A DNA stretch of 64,000 nucleotides. Source: an uncultured Planctomycetota bacterium. Lineage in GTDB: Bacteria; Planctomycetota; Phycisphaerae; UBA1845; UTPLA1. Location of the stretch: NCBI GenBank assembly GCA_900696465.1, contig CAADGE010000046.1, positions 77,858 through 141,857 on the forward strand, in the 5' to 3' direction. The translations under genes and the position numbers were made by a program. The notes beneath the pieces were generated by a model. That model did not search any database, was not told where the DNA came from, and saw nothing but the letters and a program-made list of their open reading frames with translations. Shown here one piece after another: positions 9,822 to 20,000 of the stretch (position 1 is its first letter; each line of letters begins with the position of its first letter).

Positions 9822-10188
9822 GGTCCGAAACAATTGTGGTGCGCACCATTTCTTCGCCCGGGTAACGAGCGTCCGTCTTGATTGACGCTTAGGTGCGACA
9901 TAGACTAGATGGTGACTTATTTTCCGCGGCAAGCCGGGTTGCGGTGTTCCTCTGGACCGATCCGGCAACGCGTGCGAAGACGCGCCATAGGATATCGGAC
10001 CGGCATTGGGGGCCAGGATCCTCGCACTCCTATAACGATGCGGCCGTAGGCGGTCGTGTACGCCTCTAATTACGTCGTCGCCTGGTTCGCCTCGACCAGG
10101 GCGCTACAGGTTCGCTTTTTATCAGAAAGCGCTGCATCGAATGGGCCGAAAGAGTCTCTGGCCTTTCGTCCCGCGGGAGGGTAATGCG

Positions 10189-13050
10189 ATGTTGAAGTCA
10201 CGAGGTATTTCCCTGGTAATGACCGGCCTGCTCCTTGCAGGCCTCGTCGTCTGTCAAATGGGAGGGTGTTCGAGCGGATTCTCCCTGCTGCCCTTCGCGT
10301 CGATCACCGCCGTGCAGCTCTTTGATCAGCCCGACTTCACCGTCGCCTTCAGCATCGACAACGCGGTTTCCAATCCGTCGGCCGTCACCAAGGTCAACTG
10401 GGTCTTTGGCGACGGCAGCGGCTTTGTGGAAGGCGCGCCGAACCGAACGACTATCACCTATCGCTATTCGAGCACCGGAAACTTCCAGGTCACGGCTTAC
10501 ATCTTCGGCAGCCAGGGTCTGGCCGAGCAGATCAGCGGCAACGTTAATGTCGTGCCCAGTGGGAATCCCCCACCCGGCCCCGGTGATACCGAACTGCCTG
10601 CACAGATCAGCGGCGGCAATCCGGCCGACGGGGCGCAGAACGTCCCTGTCACCACAACTCTGACCTGGACGGCCGGGGCGCGGGCCACGAGCCACGACGT
10701 TTATCTCGGTGTCGATCAATCTGCGGTAGAGCTGGCCAACGATGCCGACGCGGTGAACGTCAAGGGCAATCAGACCACCACGTCCTACGACCCCGGTGGT
10801 CTTCTTCCGAACACGACCTATTACTGGCGAATCGATGAAGTCAACAGTGTCGGCATCACCAAGGGCACGGTGCGTAGCTTCAAGACCGCCGCGGCTCCGG
10901 CCAAGGCGAAGAGTCCGGTTCCGCAGAATGGTTCGATGAATGCACGCGTGGATCAGATACTTAACTGGACGGCAGGGACCGGTACGACGAGCCATGACGT
11001 TTACTTCGGCGACGACATGATGGCTGTTACCGACGCCACGCGTGACACGGCGGACATCTTCAAGGGCAATCAGTCGGGGACAAATTTCGATCCCGAGGAT
11101 GAGAGCGCGACCCAGGAAGGCGAGCTGCTTGGTTCGACGACCTATTACTGGCGAATTGACGAGGTCGGGCCCGGTGGGACAACGACGGGCGACGTGTGGA
11201 CGTTCACCACGCGGGCTCCGCCACCGATGATCACCAACCCGGTGCCGGCGGACCTGGACATCGATGTGGACATCGATGTAGTCCTGACGTGGACCGCGGC
11301 AGCGAGCATCGAATCCTTCGATGTGTACCTCGGTGTGGACCCGGTGGATGTCACTCTGGCCGATCGCAACAGTCCGGAGTTCCAGGGCAATCAGACTTCC
11401 AAGAACTTCACGCCCGGGACGTTGCTGGCGGACACGGATTACTACTGGCGGATCGACACGCGGGGTCCCGGCGGAACGACGATGGGTCTGGTGCTGACCT
11501 TCCGAACGGCAGACATCCCGGCGCAGGCGGTGCTGACGGCCCCGGCGCATCAGTCGCAGGATCAGGACGTGGAAGTCTCACTTCAGTGGACGCCGGGGGC
11601 CGGCGGAGGGCCGCTGAGCGGATTCCAGGTGTATCTGAGCACAACCCAGTCGCAGGTAGTGAACCGTAACGCCGCGGCGCGGGTAGCCACGCTGGGCGCG
11701 GGGGCAACGAACTTTACGCCGACCTCGCCATTGGCATCGAACACAGATCACTTTTGGACGGTCGATGCCACGGGACCTGGCGGACGGCGTGAGGGGCCGA
11801 TCTTCCGCTTCCGGACGGGTACCTTGCCGAACCAGGCGTCAATGCCGATGCCGGCGAACGGAGCGACGGCGGTGGCGCCGGACGTGATGCTGGCGTGGAC
11901 GGCGGGAACCGGCACGCTGAGCCACAACGTGTACTTCGGTACGAATTCGAACACGGTAACGAATGCCGATGAGGATGATGCCGAGTTCCGTGGCAATCAG
12001 CTCCTCGGCGTTGAGACCTTCAGCCCGCCGGCGGGCGTGCCGTCGGCCTTGGCAGCGAATACGCAGTACTTCTGGCGGATCGACGAACTGGGCACAGGTG
12101 GCACGCGCAAGGGCGTAACGTGGAACTTCCGCACCGGGCCGGGCAAGGCCATCAATCCGAACCCGAATGACGGAGCGAACAACACGGCGGGCACGTCGAA
12201 TCTGACCTGGACGGCCGGCTCCGGTGCTTCGACGCACGACGTGTACCTGGGCACGGACCTCGGCATCGTGACCAACGCGACGCCGCTTACCGTAGGCGTA
12301 TTCCGGGGGAACCAGGCGTCCACAACGTTCGACCCGCCTGGAACGATGCCGGCGAACACGACACATTACTGGCGAATCGACTCGGTGGCGGCGGACGGCA
12401 TCACCAAGACGACCGGCGACGTGTGGACGTTCACCACGGAACTGGGCAAAGCGACGAACCCGAACCCGTCGAACAACGCGACCGGCATCGCGCTGGATGC
12501 CATCCTCGAATGGACGGCCGGCGCCGGCGCTGACATGCACGACGTGTACTTCGGCACCAGTCTGGCAGCGGTGACCAACGCGACGACGGCGGATCCGGAA
12601 TATCGCGGTCAGCAGGCGGACACGCTGTTCGACCCGACCATGGTCATGGCGATTATGGCGGATACGCAGTACTTCTGGCGGATTGATACCGTGGCCGTCG
12701 GCGGCGCGCCGGTCCGCAAGGGTGACACCTGGCGATACCGCACGCTTGCCCCACCGGCACAGGTGAGCGGACCGAATCCGGTGAACGGTGCGACGGGTGT
12801 GGCTACAAACACGTCACTGACGTGGGCGTCAGCAGACGGTGCGACGACGTACGACGTTTACTTCGGGACGAGTCTGGTCAATGTGACGAACGCGACCACG
12901 GCGGATCCGGAGTTCCAGGGGAACCAGTCGAGTCGGGTTTTCACGCCGGGAGCGCTGGCGAATAACACGCAGTACTTCTGGAGGATCGATTCGAAGAACG
13001 CGGCGGGGACGACGACGGGGAGCGTGTTCTCCTTCACGACGGTGCCGTAG
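10189..13050 (+). CDS. secreted/lipoprotein-like protein with an N-terminal PKD-like domain and eight tandem ~100-aa repeats (function unknown)
   Basis: Signal peptide MLKSRGISLVMTGLLLAGLVVCQMGGCSS with a possible lipobox. PKD-like VNWVFGDGSG...YRYSSTGNFQVTAYIF. Then 8 repeats with the pattern NP.P..GA..V.....L.WT.G.GA.SHDVY.G........A......F.GNQ....F.P..L...T.Y(Y/F)WRID.....G...G.VW.F.T. Confidence 0.8.
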   Translation: MLKSRGISLVMTGLLLAGLVVCQMGGCSSGFSLLPFASITAVQLFDQPDFTVAFSIDNAVSNPSAVTKVNWVFGDGSGFVEGAPNRTTITYRYSSTGNFQVTAYIFGSQGLAEQISGNVNVVPSGNPPPGPGDTELPAQISGGNPADGAQNVPVTTTLTWTAGARATSHDVYLGVDQSAVELANDADAVNVKGNQTTTSYDPGGLLPNTTYYWRIDEVNSVGITKGTVRSFKTAAAPAKAKSPVPQNGSMNARVDQILNWTAGTGTTSHDVYFGDDMMAVTDATRDTADIFKGNQSGTNFDPEDESATQEGELLGSTTYYWRIDEVGPGGTTTGDVWTFTTRAPPPMITNPVPADLDIDVDIDVVLTWTAAASIESFDVYLGVDPVDVTLADRNSPEFQGNQTSKNFTPGTLLADTDYYWRIDTRGPGGTTMGLVLTFRTADIPAQAVLTAPAHQSQDQDVEVSLQWTPGAGGGPLSGFQVYLSTTQSQVVNRNAAARVATLGAGATNFTPTSPLASNTDHFWTVDATGPGGRREGPIFRFRTGTLPNQASMPMPANGATAVAPDVMLAWTAGTGTLSHNVYFGTNSNTVTNADEDDAEFRGNQLLGVETFSPPAGVPSALAANTQYFWRIDELGTGGTRKGVTWNFRTGPGKAINPNPNDGANNTAGTSNLTWTAGSGASTHDVYLGTDLGIVTNATPLTVGVFRGNQASTTFDPPGTMPANTTHYWRIDSVAADGITKTTGDVWTFTTELGKATNPNPSNNATGIALDAILEWTAGAGADMHDVYFGTSLAAVTNATTADPEYRGQQADTLFDPTMVMAIMADTQYFWRIDTVAVGGAPVRKGDTWRYRTLAPPAQVSGPNPVNGATGVATNTSLTWASADGATTYDVYFGTSLVNVTNATTADPEFQGNQSSRVFTPGALANNTQYFWRIDSKNAAGTTTGSVFSFTTVP
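10597..13041 (+). repeat. eight diverged tandem coding repeats (~95-108 aa each) within CDS 10189..13050
   Basis: The motif set (L.WT.G, HDVY.G, GNQ, Y(Y/F)WRID, F.T) recurs eight times when the translation is read. The copies have diverged at the nucleotide level. Confidence 0.85.
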
Positions 13051-13086
13051 CCGCAGTTGAGTTGCCTGTTCATTGCGATCCACACG

Positions 13087-13121
13087 AGGGGATCCGTGCC
13101 GATTCGGCCGGATCCCCTTTT
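13087..13121 (+). terminator. intrinsic terminator downstream of the repeat-protein gene
   Basis: 9-bp stem GGGGATCCG (13088-13096) / CGGATCCCC (13109-13117) followed by TTTT (13118-13121). It lies between convergent genes. Confidence 0.6.
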
Positions 13122-14177
13122 CTATCGTGCAGTTGGTCGATGCAGCGCCTGGGCATCAATTTCGGCCCGCTCTTCCTTTGGACGTGACTTCCAGCGTCGA
13201 TGTATCCACAGATACTGCTCCGGCGCCGCGCGAATCGCGTCCTCCATCGCCTTCGAATACTCCTGCGTGATCCAGCGGAGCGGATCCTCCTTCTCGCGCC
13301 ATTCTTCCGGGCGGATGATCCGGTCGACACAGATCTCGTAGTGAAAGCCCTCGGCAATCCGGCGGGCGCAACCACAGATGATCGGCACTTCGAGGTCCAT
13401 CGCCAAGAGCCCGATCGACTTGTAAGTCGATGCCTTGCGGTTGAAGAAATCGACGAACAGCCCTTTGCTGCCGGCGTTCTGATCGGCGATGAAACACAAC
13501 GCGCCGCGCGACTCGATCACGTCTTCGGCGGATTGCGTGGCCCCCTTCTTGTACAGAAGCCGAAGCCCGCTGCGCTCGCGGCGATCCAGCAGGAAACGGT
13601 TGAGGTACTCGTTATCCAGGGGTCGCATCACCGCGACAATGTCGAAGCCCAGCGTCGCAAGGGTAAAGCCGAGAAGTTCCCAGTTCCCGTAGTGGCCGGT
13701 GAGCATGATGCAGCCGCGACGTCCGAGCAGGATGCGGATGGCCTCGTCGAGCTTTCGCAGTTCGATGTAACGCGGCCAGGTCCACTGGGTAATCAGCCGG
13801 GGAGCGAGCAGCAATTCGACCGGCAGCATGGCCAGTTGCTGCATCGAAGCCAGTGCGACCTGCCGCACCCGCTGCTCCGTGAACTCCGGGAAAGATGTCC
13901 GGATGTGCGTTTCCGCCCGATTGCGATGATCTCGAAACTTGCCCAGCAGCTTGTTGAGGGCCAACTCTACCTTGGCCAGCCATCGAAACGGTTGCAGCGA
14001 CTTAAGCCACCGGGGAAACCTGGTCTCCGGCAGCGCATGCGGCAGGTGATACCAGACCCAGCCCAGCCGCCTCATCATACGCAAGCTGGTATCGATCGGA
14101 AAACAGGCGAAGGCCATCGCGACCGCGCGAACGAGGAGATACTGAGAGTAATCAAGCCAGCGGCGACGCACCTTCAT
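13122..14177 (-). CDS. lipid A biosynthesis lauroyl/myristoyl acyltransferase family protein (LpxL/HtrB-like)
   Basis: LTGHYGNWELLGFTLATLGFDIVAVMRPLDNEYLNRFLLDRRERSGLRLL (H-X4-E-type acyltransferase motif) and IADQNAG..G.FVDFFNRKAST. Start ATG 14177 (MKVRRRW...); the alternative is 14207. Confidence 0.8.
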   Translation of the reverse strand: MKVRRRWLDYSQYLLVRAVAMAFACFPIDTSLRMMRRLGWVWYHLPHALPETRFPRWLKSLQPFRWLAKVELALNKLLGKFRDHRNRAETHIRTSFPEFTEQRVRQVALASMQQLAMLPVELLLAPRLITQWTWPRYIELRKLDEAIRILLGRRGCIMLTGHYGNWELLGFTLATLGFDIVAVMRPLDNEYLNRFLLDRRERSGLRLLYKKGATQSAEDVIESRGALCFIADQNAGSKGLFVDFFNRKASTYKSIGLLAMDLEVPIICGCARRIAEGFHYEICVDRIIRPEEWREKEDPLRWITQEYSKAMEDAIRAAPEQYLWIHRRWKSRPKEERAEIDAQALHRPTAR

Positions 14178-14266
14178 CGCGCGGATTCTAACCGAGGTTG
14201 CCGCCATGACGAGAAGGGGCTGCGCGGGCGATTCCCGTCGAGCCGGGCAGCGGTACAATCCCGCTC

Positions 14267-15220
14267 ATGTCGCTAACGCCCACCCGTCTGAGCCGAAACA
14301 CCGTCTTCGTCATCCTGCTGATGCTCTCAGGGCTGGCACTGCTGCTCCCGGCAGATGTGACGGACAAGGTCAAGCACGTCGTGCAGTTCGTGGTGCCGGT
14401 GCAGGACCTCGCTCGTACGGCTGCCTGGCGTGCGGCACGCCATGTCGCCGGAACCGACGGGCCCGCAGACGCGGCCGCCATCACTGAACCCCTGCTGCAC
14501 GAACTGGGTTCGCTCCATGCAAAGTCCCTGCAACTCGAACAGCAGCTCGCTCAGCTTCGTGCCCTGCGCGATCGACAACTGCCGCCGTCCGTACCGTTGC
14601 TCGATGCGAGGATCGTAGCCCGTGATGTCGCCTCCTGGCGTGATACGGCGCTTGTATCCCGCGGCTCGCTCCGCGGTGCAGGATGGCGGGACTGGGTCGC
14701 TTCTCGCTTCTTCGTGGACCGCGGCGCCGCGAGTGAGGTGGACAGCGGTCAGGCCGTGCTGGCCCGCGAATGTCTCATCGGCCGAATCGAGCTGGTCAGC
14801 CCCTACATGTCCCGCGTCCAGCTTCTCACGGACATCGACAGCCCCCGGCTCGAGGTCCGCATCGCCGCGGTCGATGGCGCCAGCGCGGAGATCATCGACT
14901 ACGCATGCAGCATTCGCGGTATCGGCCGCGGCAGGATGGCCATCGAAAACGTCGAATCGGCCTACATCGACACGACGACCGAAGCGGAAACCCGGGAGCG
15001 AGGACCTCGCCGCATCCGCGTTGGTGACTTAGTCTACAGCGCTCCGGGCCAGCTCGGCCTCCCGGTTCCGATGGCCGTCGGGCGAATCACCGAGATCGCC
15101 GAGAACCCGAAAAAGCGGCTGGTTCACACGCTGAACGTTGAGCCGCTGGTATCGCTCGATGAGTTGCGCGACGTGTTCATCATCCCGCTGGTGCCGGCCG
15201 AGTCGCTGCAGATACCCTGA
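14267..15220 (+). CDS. mreC: MreC-like rod-shape-determining protein
   Basis: N-terminal TM (VFVILLMLSGLALLL), a coiled-coil segment (LQLEQQLAQLRALRDRQ), then beta-rich ARIVARDVASWRDTALVSRGS...GQAVLARECLIGRIELVSPYMSRVQLLTDIDS...VGRITEI, which is typical of MreC. Confidence 0.6.
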   Translation: MSLTPTRLSRNTVFVILLMLSGLALLLPADVTDKVKHVVQFVVPVQDLARTAAWRAARHVAGTDGPADAAAITEPLLHELGSLHAKSLQLEQQLAQLRALRDRQLPPSVPLLDARIVARDVASWRDTALVSRGSLRGAGWRDWVASRFFVDRGAASEVDSGQAVLARECLIGRIELVSPYMSRVQLLTDIDSPRLEVRIAAVDGASAEIIDYACSIRGIGRGRMAIENVESAYIDTTTEAETRERGPRRIRVGDLVYSAPGQLGLPVPMAVGRITEIAENPKKRLVHTLNVEPLVSLDELRDVFIIPLVPAESLQIP

Positions 15221-15307
15221 GGCCGGTCGGCTTGCGTCGTGCCTCGCATCCACGGCCTGAACGATGCCTCTTACACATCCCGCGATTCTGTGCGACAATT
15301 CGGCACG

Positions 15308-16126
15308 ATGAAATATCGATCCGGCAAGCCACGCATCGAACGCGAGTATCCGCCACGGGAAGACGCCGGCGTGCGAAAAATATCCACCGCCGCCGAAGTA
15401 CTCCATCTCGATGAATCCCTCATCGTGGTCAACAAGCCGCCCCGCGTCAGTCTCGATCTCGCCTGGGACGACGAACCCACCGTACTGGATCAGCTCGAAT
15501 CGGCGGGCCGGATCACCGCGGATGAATCGCCCGTCTCGGTGTACATGCTCGAACCACTGCTCAGCGGTCTGGCCATCCTCGCGAGGAGCGATGCCGCACT
15601 TGCCGAACTGCACCGACAGATGGCCGACGGCGAGATGGTATTGAGCTGCCTGGCTCTGGTTCGGGGTCGAGCAGAATCCTCCGAAGGCGTGATCGACCAG
15701 CCCGTCGGGGCAAAGAGCCGCACGAACACCCTGCTCCGAGTCGACCCTGAGGCAGGTCGCCCGGCGGTCACCCGCTGGCAGGTGCGCGATACCTACATCG
15801 GTGCCGCCCTGCTCGATTGCACGACGCAACCGGCCGACCCGAACCAGGTCCGCGTTCATCTGCAGCACATCGGCCTGCCGCTCATGGTCGACGTCGCATA
15901 CGGCGGCGGCAGCGCGCTGCTGCTCTCTTCGTTCAAGGCCGGCTATCGTCCCAGCGGACGTCATCCGGAGCGGCCGCTTATTGATCGCATCTCGATACAT
16001 GTGCAGCGCGTGCAGATGCGGCATCCGGCGACCGGCGCTCCGCTCGCGCTGGAAGCGGGACTGCACAAGGACTTTCGCGCAGCCCTGCACCAGCTCGATC
16101 GTTTCGGCCGGATCACTGCACTGTGA
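15308..16126 (+). CDS. RluA-family pseudouridine synthase homologue with a divergent catalytic motif
   Basis: LIVVNKPP..., ...SGLAILARS..., ALVRGR...GVIDQPVG, NQVRVHLQHIGLPLMVDVAYGG. The expected HRLD catalytic motif reads YMLE. The start is uncertain: ATG 15308 or GTG 15239. Confidence 0.6.
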   Translation: MKYRSGKPRIEREYPPREDAGVRKISTAAEVLHLDESLIVVNKPPRVSLDLAWDDEPTVLDQLESAGRITADESPVSVYMLEPLLSGLAILARSDAALAELHRQMADGEMVLSCLALVRGRAESSEGVIDQPVGAKSRTNTLLRVDPEAGRPAVTRWQVRDTYIGAALLDCTTQPADPNQVRVHLQHIGLPLMVDVAYGGGSALLLSSFKAGYRPSGRHPERPLIDRISIHVQRVQMRHPATGAPLALEAGLHKDFRAALHQLDRFGRITAL

Positions 16127-16189
16127 GTCGCATGGGCCACCCCTGCGTCCACACGTTGACGATGCAGTGAAACCGAACCATACTCACAG

Positions 16190-16750
16190 GTGCATCAATC
16201 GGAGCCACAGATGCCCGCAATGAGCAAAGACCCGCCTCCGTTACTAAAAGTCGTCCACGCGGACGAAGCGCTGCTACTCCGCGGTATCCGGACGGTCATC
16301 GACGGCGTTCGCGCCCGCCGGGCACGGGTCCTGCCGGACGAACGCGGCCGACTGGGCGAGATCATCCGCGCGGACGATCCGTGGTATGAAAAGTTCGGGC
16401 AGGTCTATTTCACGACGACCTTTCCGGGCATCGTGAAGGCCTGGCACTATCACAAGCTTCAGACCGACCATTTCTATTGCATTCGCGGCACGATCAAGCT
16501 GGCGATGTACGATGCGCGCGAGGACTCACCGACCAGGGGCGAGGTCAACGAAATCTACATGAGCGAACATCTGCCCTCGCTGGTGCGCATTCCGCCCGGC
16601 GTCTACCACGGCTGGATGAACGTGTGCGACGTCGAGACAATCGTCGTGAACATGACGACCGAGTGTTACAATTACAAGCAGCCGGACGAATACCGCGCTC
16701 ACCCGCACGACAACGACATCCCTTATGACTGGACGCGAAAGGACGGCTGA
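16190..16750 (+). CDS. dTDP-4-dehydrorhamnose 3,5-epimerase-like cupin protein
   Basis: DERGRLGEIIR...GQVYFTTTFPGIVKAWHYHKLQTDHFYCIRGTIKLAMYDAREDSPT.G...IPPGVYHGW matches the RmlC-type cupin pattern. The start codon is uncertain (16190, 16211 or 16220). Confidence 0.72.
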   Translation: MHQSEPQMPAMSKDPPPLLKVVHADEALLLRGIRTVIDGVRARRARVLPDERGRLGEIIRADDPWYEKFGQVYFTTTFPGIVKAWHYHKLQTDHFYCIRGTIKLAMYDAREDSPTRGEVNEIYMSEHLPSLVRIPPGVYHGWMNVCDVETIVVNMTTECYNYKQPDEYRAHPHDNDIPYDWTRKDG

Positions 16751-17013
16751 TCGCCGAAATGGCCCGCGACCAATTCATGTCACCGGCTGACATGCTGCGA
16801 TCTGGCTTGCGATGAACACTCACGAGAGATTGAACGCCCACGCGCGCTGCACAATTGTGAAGTGTGCACCGGTACCGCCGCCGTCGTAGTACAACCATAG
16901 CACGTGCATGAGACACACTGAGGATTCCGGTATATACTCCCCTCGTGGCGCGGATGTGTCTGAGACATTCTCCTGAACATCGGGGGCGTCTTTCCAGCGC
17001 GGCCGGCGTGAGG

Positions 17014-20000
17014 ATGGCCTGCCTGCTTGCGCTCTTTCTCTGCCTGCTGCTGACCTGTTCCGTTCCGGCCACGGCCCAGGAACCCTCCTCGACGACAACT
17101 CTTCCCACCACGGCCCAGGCCCCGGTAACGACCACGGCGCCTGCCCAGCCGCCGGCCATGCCGCGCATCGCGACGGTCCCGCGAACGATCGAGGAGATCA
17201 CCCGTCTGCTCAAGGAGCTGGACGAAGAAGCCGCTGCGCTGGCCCCGACCACGCAGCCGGTCACCAGTCAGCCCACCACGCAGCCCGATGGCGAACTGGA
17301 CGCCCAGCTCGATGGCTGGCGACTGGAACTCTGGCGAGCGATACAGGAACTCCGCAGCCAGCTTCTCGAACTGGAGCGACAGACGAAGCAGCTCGAAGGA
17401 CTCGATGAAGACGCCCTTGTTGCCCAGATCACCGAGACCATCGCCGACTATCGAAAGAAGACCGCTGAAGTCCAGAAGCTGCGCATCCCGTTTGAAATCA
17501 CGGAAGAGCAGGTCGCCGAAGCCCGCACCCTTTACGAGAAGCAGAATCAGGCCCTCGAAGTCCTGACGGCCTCGCTCGCCCAGCAGGAGGCACTCATCAA
17601 TGAGGGCTTTGCCGCTCAGCGCAGCCGCATCGCCGAAGAACTTCGCGCGCTCCAGAGCCGCCGCGAGCGGCTGGAATCGGTCATCGAGGCGGAACTCCGA
17701 GCGGCGGATTCCGATGCGGCGCGCGAGATCATCCAGCTTCGCCGACGCGTGCTTGCCACGCGCGCGCTGTCCCTGGAAACGACGCGGGTCAATGTCGGCC
17801 TGCGCGAGCGGCTCACCCAGCAGGAAGCCCAGCAGAACAAGCTTCGTATCGATGCCCTCCAACCCTACGTCGCGGCACTGCGTCAACGAATGACGTCCCT
17901 CATCGAAGAGCGAAGCCGTAGCCGCGTCGAGCGCCTCCGGGCTCGGATCGACACGGTGGACATCTCCGAGGTGCAGCGCGCCGCCTACCGGCTCGAACTC
18001 ATTTGCGCCGAACACACTGCCAACTTGCAGCGCGACTTCGCCGACGCCATCCGCGACCGCTACACGGCCGGCGCGCTGGCCACGCGACAGAGCATGAGCA
18101 AGCGCGACCAGAGCTACTGGAAGGAGTTCAGCGCTTCCCTGACGCGCCGGTCTCCCATCGAAGTGCGCAGTGCCTATCAGGATGCCGGACAGGCGTTGCA
18201 GCGCGCCCGGACCGAACTGTCCCGACTCCAGAAACTGCTGGACCTCAGTCTCTCGGAAGATCGCAAACTGGAAGACTATCTGCTTCGCGCCCTCGCCGAG
18301 TACGACGAGGTCGCGACGGAATTCCAGTCGCTCACGCAGGATGCCACTGGCGAAGAGGTTATTCGTCTCAAGAGCCGGATCGCGCAGTTCCGCCCTGATC
18401 TGCGTAAGGCCTTCGAGGACATCATCAAGGACGAGCAGGATGTGATCGAACGCCTGCGCCAGGGCATCGAAGTTGCAGAAGCGAACGTGGCCCTGTGGGA
18501 AGAGGCCGTCAGCCGTCTCTACTGGGCACGGCTGATCACCCGCGGCCCGACGATCCTGGACGCCGATGCCTTCGCCGTCATCTCGGACGAGATTCGCGCT
18601 CTTGGCACGAGTCAACTGCAAACATCGCTGGAGGTCGCCTTAAAGGCCTTGGAGAGCCGGCTCAATGTGCAGACGCGTCTCGACTGGTCCCTCTTCGTTA
18701 TCACTTCGCTGGCCATCATCTACATCGGCCAGTGGCTGACGCGGACCTGCCACCGCATCCGTTCGGAGCCGCTCGAAGAAGAATCAGCCGAATCCATCGC
18801 TGACGATGCAGCCGGCGCACCCACAGCGCCGCCAAGGTTCGGACTGCGCCTCAGGTACCACCTGGCACGCGTGGGAATGGTCGTCGTACCGATTCTCATC
18901 GTGCCGGCTGTCATCATGGCCTTCATCCTCGGGCTGGACATCACTGGTGCGCCGGCCAGACTCGGATATCTCGCGACCCTGCTCCTGGGCGGCACGGCCC
19001 TCGGCATCGGCGTCGTCAATGCCGCATTCAAAGCGCCCAAGCCGCGCTATCGGCTCATCGCCTGTAGTCGAGCCGTGGCGCGTTATTACCGCCGCTTTGC
19101 CTACACCATCGTCTTTCTTGCTCCCCTCTTTCTTGGCGCAGCCGGCCTTCTCAACGCACTCGAACTCGCTCCTCAGACCGCGGCCCGGCTGGTGACTTCC
19201 TTCGTTTTCGTTACCACGCTGGTCGGGTTCATCTTCCTCCTTCGCCGAGAGACGGTCCTGAATGTCTTCCCCAGAACCCAGCGCGGCCGCTACACCGGTA
19301 CCGTCGCCTTCCTCCGGACCATTCATCCGTTTCTGCTGATGCTGGCGCTCCTGATCATGATCATGCATGTCATCGGGTACTCGGCCCTGTCCGTCTATCT
19401 GGTGACCGGGCTGACCTCTACACTGGCAATCACTCTCGTGGCATGGCTGGCCCATCAACTGGTGAAGGAATTCGTCTATTGGATCGTTTTAAAAGCCCGG
19501 GCGGTCCAGGCCAAGTACGCGCCGCCGGAGAAGGCGGACGCCGCAGCGGACGGAACCAGCCCGGCCACCGGCGCCGCCGCCCAGGAGGTGCCCGCACCGT
19601 ATGATGCAGGACAGACGAATCTGTTGCATCGCCTTCCCCCTGCCGGACGCGCCGTCGTTCTGGTCGTCCGCTGGCTGTTGATTGTGGCCGCAGCGCTTTC
19701 CGCATTAAGCGTCTGGGGAATAGGGCCGAACGACGTCAAGCGGCTGCTGGACTTGGAGCTGTGGCGCCACGGTGAGCAACCGATCACACTCTGGCGGATC
19801 GGCGGAGCAATTCTCACCCTGCTGCTGACCATTCTTGCTTCGCGAGCCCTTCGGCAGACGCTCCAGTCGCGCGTCTATCCCCATCACCCCACGATCGACC
19901 GCGGGATGCAAGCCGCCATCAACACGCTGCTGCATTACCTCACGATTGCCATTGGTATCTACATTGGCCTTCAGACGCTTCAGATCGACTTCGGCGCCCT

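Noticed and set aside
10597-13041. Regularly spaced repeats, considered as a possible CRISPR-like or satellite array
   Set aside because: The repeats are ~300 nt, diverged, in-frame and translate into a conserved protein module inside one long ORF. There are no short identical direct repeats with unique spacers.
16780-18621. 613-aa minus-strand ORF
   Set aside because: It is antisense to the coiled-coil region of the MscK-like channel gene. It has low-complexity Leu/Arg/Gly/Asp-rich content and no signal or motif. The plus-strand gene has a signal peptide and the MscS core.
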